From positions 1-20,121 of the IMG/VR virus record IMGVR_UViG_2778261674_000018: 20,121 nucleotides of DNA; one strand, given 5' to 3'. Each line of letters opens with the position of its first letter. Position 1 is the stretch's first letter. The DNA comes from a virus (taxonomy: Duplodnaviria; Heunggongvirae; Uroviricota; Caudoviricetes). Position numbers and translations under genes: made by a program. The notes below the pieces were generated by a model. The model did not search any database, was not told the DNA's origin, and was given only the letters and a program-made list of their open reading frames with translations. Below are positions 16,295 to 20,121 of this stretch, one piece after another.

Positions 16295-16332
16295 TTTCCA
16301 TTACACAGCACCCGCATCTGCGAGGTGGGGTT

Positions 16333-16548
16333 ATGAAATCCATGGATAAGTTAACAACGGGTGTCGCCTATGGCACCTCAGCAGGTAGTGCCGGGTACTG
16401 GTTTTTACAGTTGCTCGATAAAGTCACGCCCTCACAGTGGGCGGCAATAGGTGTGCTAGGTAGTCTGGTATTTGGCTTGCTGACGTATCTGACAAACCTT
16501 TATTTCAAGATTAAAGAAGATAAGCGTAAGGCTGCGAGAGGTGAATAA
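16333..16548 (+). CDS. S: Class II holin, phage-21 S-type pinholin
   Basis: 71 aa with near-identity to S21 as I recall it ([62 protein letters not shown]). Dual-start motif MKSM. Confidence 0.85.
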
Positions 16549-17045
16549 TGTCGCCATCATTACGCAAGGCTGTTGCTGCTGCTATTGGTGGTGGGGCTGT
16601 TGCCATAGCGTCTGTGCTCATCACTGGTCCGAGTGGTGACGATGGCCTGGAAGGTGTCAGCTACATACCATACAAAGATATCGTTGGCGTATGGACTGTA
16701 TGTCACGGACACACCGGAAAAGACATCATGCTAGGTAAAACGTATACCGAAGCAGAATGCAAAGCCCTCCTGAATAAAGACCTTGCCACGGTCGCCAGAC
16801 AAATTAACCCGTACATCAAAGTCGATATACCGGAAACAACGCGCGGCGCTCTTTACTCGTTCGTCTACAACGTGGGTGCTGGCAATTTCAGAACATCGAC
16901 GCTTCTTCGCAAAATCAACCAGGGCGATATCAAAGGCGCATGTGACCAGCTACGTCGCTGGACATACGCTGGCGGTAAGCAATGGAAAGGCCTGATGACT
17001 CGTCGTGAGATTGAGCGTGAAGTCTGTTTGTGGGGGCAACAATGA
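16548..17045 (+). CDS. R: SAR endolysin (phage-21 R-type lysozyme with N-terminal signal-anchor-release helix)
   Basis: Gly/Ala-rich weakly hydrophobic N-terminus ([20 protein letters not shown]) followed by a lysozyme catalytic region ([24 protein letters not shown]). ATGA-type coupling to the holin and to Rz. Confidence 0.8.
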   Translation: MSPSLRKAVAAAIGGGAVAIASVLITGPSGDDGLEGVSYIPYKDIVGVWTVCHGHTGKDIMLGKTYTEAECKALLNKDLATVARQINPYIKVDIPETTRGALYSFVYNVGAGNFRTSTLLRKINQGDIKGACDQLRRWTYAGGKQWKGLMTRREIEREVCLWGQQ

Positions 17046-17509
17046 GCAGAGTAACCGCGATTATCTCCGCTCTGGTTATCTGCATCATCGTCTGCCTGTC
17101 GTGGGCGGTCAATCATTACCGTGATAACGCCATCGCCTACAAAGAACAGCGTGATAAAAAAGTCAGTGAGCTGAAGCAGGCGACCGCCACCATCGCTGAC
17201 ATGCAGCAGCGTCAGCGTGATGTTGCTGCGATCGATGCAAAATACACGAAGGAGTTAGCCGATGCGAAAACTGAAAATGAAACTCTGCGCGCTGATGTTG
17301 CCGCTGGTCGTAAGCGCCTGCGGGTCAATGCCAGTTGCTCCGCAGCCGTGCGTGAAGCCACCGGACCCACCAGCATGGATAATGCAACCAGCCCCCGACT
17401 GGCAGACACCGCTGAACGGGATTATTTCACCCTCAGAGAACGGTTGATGACGATGCAGAAGCAACTGGAAGGGGCGCAGGAATATATCCGCACCCAGCGC
17501 ATTAAGTAG
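17042..17509 (+). CDS. Rz: Rz inner-membrane spanin (i-spanin)
   Basis: [37 protein letters not shown] and ...[28 protein letters not shown] are nearly identical to lambda Rz. Confidence 0.9.
   Translation: MSRVTAIISALVICIIVCLSWAVNHYRDNAIAYKEQRDKKVSELKQATATIADMQQRQRDVAAIDAKYTKELADAKTENETLRADVAAGRKRLRVNASCSAAVREATGPTSMDNATSPRLADTAERDYFTLRERLMTMQKQLEGAQEYIRTQRIK
17262..17447 (+). CDS. Rz1: Rz1 outer-membrane lipoprotein spanin (o-spanin), embedded in Rz in the +1 frame
   Basis: [22 protein letters not shown]...[30 protein letters not shown] matches lambda Rz1 (lipobox, Pro-rich); wholly contained within Rz. Confidence 0.85.
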   Translation: MRKLKMKLCALMLPLVVSACGSMPVAPQPCVKPPDPPAWIMQPAPDWQTPLNGIISPSENG

Positions 17510-17530
17510 CTGGAGAAAAAACACGAATCT

Positions 17531-17893
17531 GTGGTTTTTACTGAGCGCGGTGTACACGGTGGAACATATGGCGGGAAGTTTGTTGCTTATGATTATGCAG
17601 CATGGCTAAACCCCGGATTTAAATATGCAGCCTATAAAGTCCTGGATGACTACTTCACCGGAGAACTTCAGCATCGCAACAGCTTAAGTGCGCAGCTCAA
17701 TATGAAGTGTCATGAGTTTGATCAGAAAAAAGATATGGCGAGCTTCTGTGGACAAGGGCTGGCGGCATGGCGCTATACGAAGCCAGTGTTGGTCGCTGAG
17801 ATTAACTCCCTGGCTAACCAGCTGCAGATAACGATCCCCGGGCTGTCCGGTATTTGCCGGTATGAAATTACCGGAAGGCGCGGTCGTTACTGA
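17531..17893 (+). pseudogene. 5'-truncated KilA-N/Bro-N-like remnant (GTG start; possibly a functional truncated ORF)
   Basis: ERGVHGGTYGGKFVAYDYAAWLNPGFKYAAYKVL parallels the C-terminal half of the KilA-N domain in the intact gene at 11305 ([26 protein letters not shown]), but the N-terminal half is absent. The ORF is in the same frame as Rz and begins 7 codons after the Rz stop. Confidence 0.4.
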
Positions 17894-18346
17894 GTAAGAG
17901 CAGGCATTACAGCAGCCCTTCACTGAGGGGCTGCGATAATGTGAGGAATAAAAAACCGGCAGGGGAAATCCATTGAAGATTTGCCGGTGGCAAAAGATGG
18001 CCATGCTTTTAACCTTAGTAGCAGAGCTACGGAGTTCAACAACGACCGTCGCCGTTATCTTGCTGAAAGGCGTTTCAATGATTTTCATCAATTTATTCAT
18101 CAGCAATGGTGATAATCACTCTCATTTTGGCGGGTCCTTCCGGTGGGGTGGCCTGCCACGGGGCGGGAGCGTCGCGGAAAAAGGCTAGTTTTTGAAATTT
18201 CATTCGTCATCACCACTGCTGTAATTGATTGATATTACAGTAGTTTTATTTTTGCAGTGTCGATTTTGATTGTTTTTTGTTCATCACTAACACCGTTTGC
18301 CTAAAGTTGTTCGCAAGATGCATGTTTAAAACATTCTGGAGCGGGT

Positions 18347-18841
18347 ATGGATCGAGAGTTAAAAAATCTGACGCTGAATATCAGTCAACTGGCGGCACTG
18401 TCAGGTGTACATCGCCAGACTGCTGCGGCAAGGCTGCAAAATCTACCCGTTGCAGGGGGGCATGAAAGCAACCTCAAGCTTTATCGGGTGGTTGATATTG
18501 TGTCGGCATTTCTGGCATTGCCACCGCCGGTTGCAGAAGGCGAAATGGACGCGCATGAGCGCAAAGCCTGGTATCAGTCTGAACGTGAGCGTCTTAAGTT
18601 CGAACAGGAAACGGCACAACTCATTCCGGCCAGTGATGTCAGACGGGAGTTTGCCATCTGGGCAAAAGCGGTCGTGCAGGTGCTGGAGACATTACCGGAT
18701 ATTCTGGAACGTGACTGCGGTCTGCAGCCTGCCGCTGTGAGCCGTGTTCAGTCCATTATTGATGATCTGCGCGATCAGATAGCCCTGCGGGTGACTGAAG
18801 CAGGTGCGGATGATGAGGAGGAATTACAGCAGGAGGAGTAA
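18347..18841 (+). CDS. Terminase small subunit
   Basis: N-terminal HTH-like segment (LTLNISQLAALSGVHRQTAAARL), acidic C-terminus, and the stop overlaps the large-terminase start (TAATG). Confidence 0.65.
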   Translation: MDRELKNLTLNISQLAALSGVHRQTAAARLQNLPVAGGHESNLKLYRVVDIVSAFLALPPPVAEGEMDAHERKAWYQSERERLKFEQETAQLIPASDVRREFAIWAKAVVQVLETLPDILERDCGLQPAAVSRVQSIIDDLRDQIALRVTEAGADDEEELQQEE

Positions 18842-20121
18842 TGCTGAATCAGGAAACCGCAAAGGCAGCACGAACCGATTCAGGTTATATCCTTCGCGCA
18901 CCGAGACGAATGCGGGTTGCTGATGCCGTTGCTCAGTATATGCGGGTGCCCATGGGGGCAGGGAACTCAGTCCCGTGGGATCCGCTGGTGGCACCGTATG
19001 TTATTGAGCCGATGAACTGCCTGGCCTCGCGTGAATACGACGCAGTGATATTTGTTGGCCCGGCACGAACCGGCAAGACTATCGGCCTGATTGACGGCTG
19101 GGTGATTTACAACGTGATTTGCGATCCTGCTGATATGCTGATCATTCAGATGACGGAGGAAAAAGCCCGCGAACACTCCAAAAAACGACTCGCCAGAACG
19201 TTTCGCGTCAGCCCGGAAGTGGTCAGTCGCCTGAGTCCGAACAAAAATGACAACAACGTTTATGACAGAACATTCCTTGCTGGCAACTACCTGAAAATCG
19301 GCTGGCCGTCAGTCAATATCATGTCCTCATCAGATTATAAATGCGTCGCGCTGACGGATTATGACCGTTTTCCGGAAGATATTGATGGCGAGGGGGATGC
19401 CTTCTCTCTTGCCTCAAAACGTACCACCACATTTATGTCCAGCGGTATGACGTTGGTGGAGAGTTCCCCCGGCAGGGATGTGAAGGATGTGAAATGGCGA
19501 CGGACTTCACCGCATGAGGCTCCACCAACCACGGGGATCCTGTCGCTCTATAACCGTGGTGATCGCCGTCGCTGGTACTGGCCCTGTCCACACTGTGGTG
19601 AGTATTTTCAGCCCTGCGGCGATGTGGTTGCTGGTTTCCGTGATATTACCGATCCCGTGCTGGCAAGTGAGGCGGCTTATATTCAGTGTCCTTCCTGTTC
19701 AGGACGGATTATGCCTGAACACAAACGTGAGCTGAACGGACGTGGGGTCTGGTTGCGGGATGGTGAATCCATCAATGCGGATGGCAGTCGTTATGGTGAT
19801 CCCCGACGCTCACGTATTGCGTCATTCTGGATGGAGGGTCCGGCAGCTGCTTACCAGACACTCTCGCAACTCGTTTACAAACTGCTTACTGCAGAACAGG
19901 AATACGAGACAACCGGAAGTGAAGAAACACTCAGGGCGGTTATCAATACCGACTGGGGATTACCTTATCTTCCCCGTGCCAGCATGGAGCAACGAAAAAG
20001 TGAACTGCTTGAGCAGCGGGCAGAGCCAGTTCCTTCCCGCAGTGTGCCGGATGGCGTTAATTTCCTTGTGGCGACAGTGGATGTGCAGGCGGGACGTCAT
20101 CGCCGTTTTGTGGTTCAGGTA
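18841..20121 (+). CDS. Terminase large subunit, lambda gpA-like (3' end beyond the window)
   Basis: Hand-translated; not in the ORF track because no stop falls inside the window. Walker A-like VFVGPARTGKT, Cys motif WPCPHCGEY...CPSCSG, open to the window end. Confidence 0.8.
   Translation, partial: MLNQETAKAARTDSGYILRAPRRMRVADAVAQYMRVPMGAGNSVPWDPLVAPYVIEPMNCLASREYDAVIFVGPARTGKTIGLIDGWVIYNVICDPADMLIIQMTEEKAREHSKKRLARTFRVSPEVVSRLSPNKNDNNVYDRTFLAGNYLKIGWPSVNIMSSSDYKCVALTDYDRFPEDIDGEGDAFSLASKRTTTFMSSGMTLVESSPGRDVKDVKWRRTSPHEAPPTTGILSLYNRGDRRRWYWPCPHCGEYFQPCGDVVAGFRDITDPVLASEAAYIQCPSCSGRIMPEHKRELNGRGVWLRDGESINADGSRYGDPRRSRIASFWMEGPAAAYQTLSQLVYKLLTAEQEYETTGSEETLRAVINTDWGLPYLPRASMEQRKSELLEQRAEPVPSRSVPDGVNFLVATVDVQAGRHRRFVVQV

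Overview
This window reads as a nearly complete core of a lambdoid temperate prophage from an enterobacterial host, with a lambda/phage-21-like mosaic layout. All calls are from reading the sequence and the supplied ORF track; no database search was run. Layout, left to right: (1) an AT-rich cargo island on the + strand (932-2133) carrying a Panacea/DUF4065-like putative antitoxin translationally coupled to an unrecognised 139-aa partner, plus a 57-aa ORF; (2) a leftward early operon on the - strand (PrtN-like, DEDD exonuclease, DUF551, HD hydrolase, RdgC-like); (3) an immunity region with a CI-like S24 repressor flanked by mirror-image promoter-operator blocks, then Cro-like and CII/YdaT-like genes; (4) a rightward early region (Rha, iteron-containing replication initiator, Dam-like methyltransferase, LexA DNA-binding-domain-only protein, RusA, KilA-N, DUF968, Q-like antiterminator); (5) a second AT-rich insertion carrying a convergent 339-aa membrane-anchored protein of unknown function (13521-14540); (6) a late region with a second methyltransferase, phage-21-type pinholin and SAR endolysin, Rz/Rz1, a candidate cos region, and small and large terminase (large subunit truncated at the window end). 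The best candidates for undescribed biology are the Panacea-linked pair and the membrane protein between Q and the late operon. No rRNA, tRNA or CRISPR array was seen.
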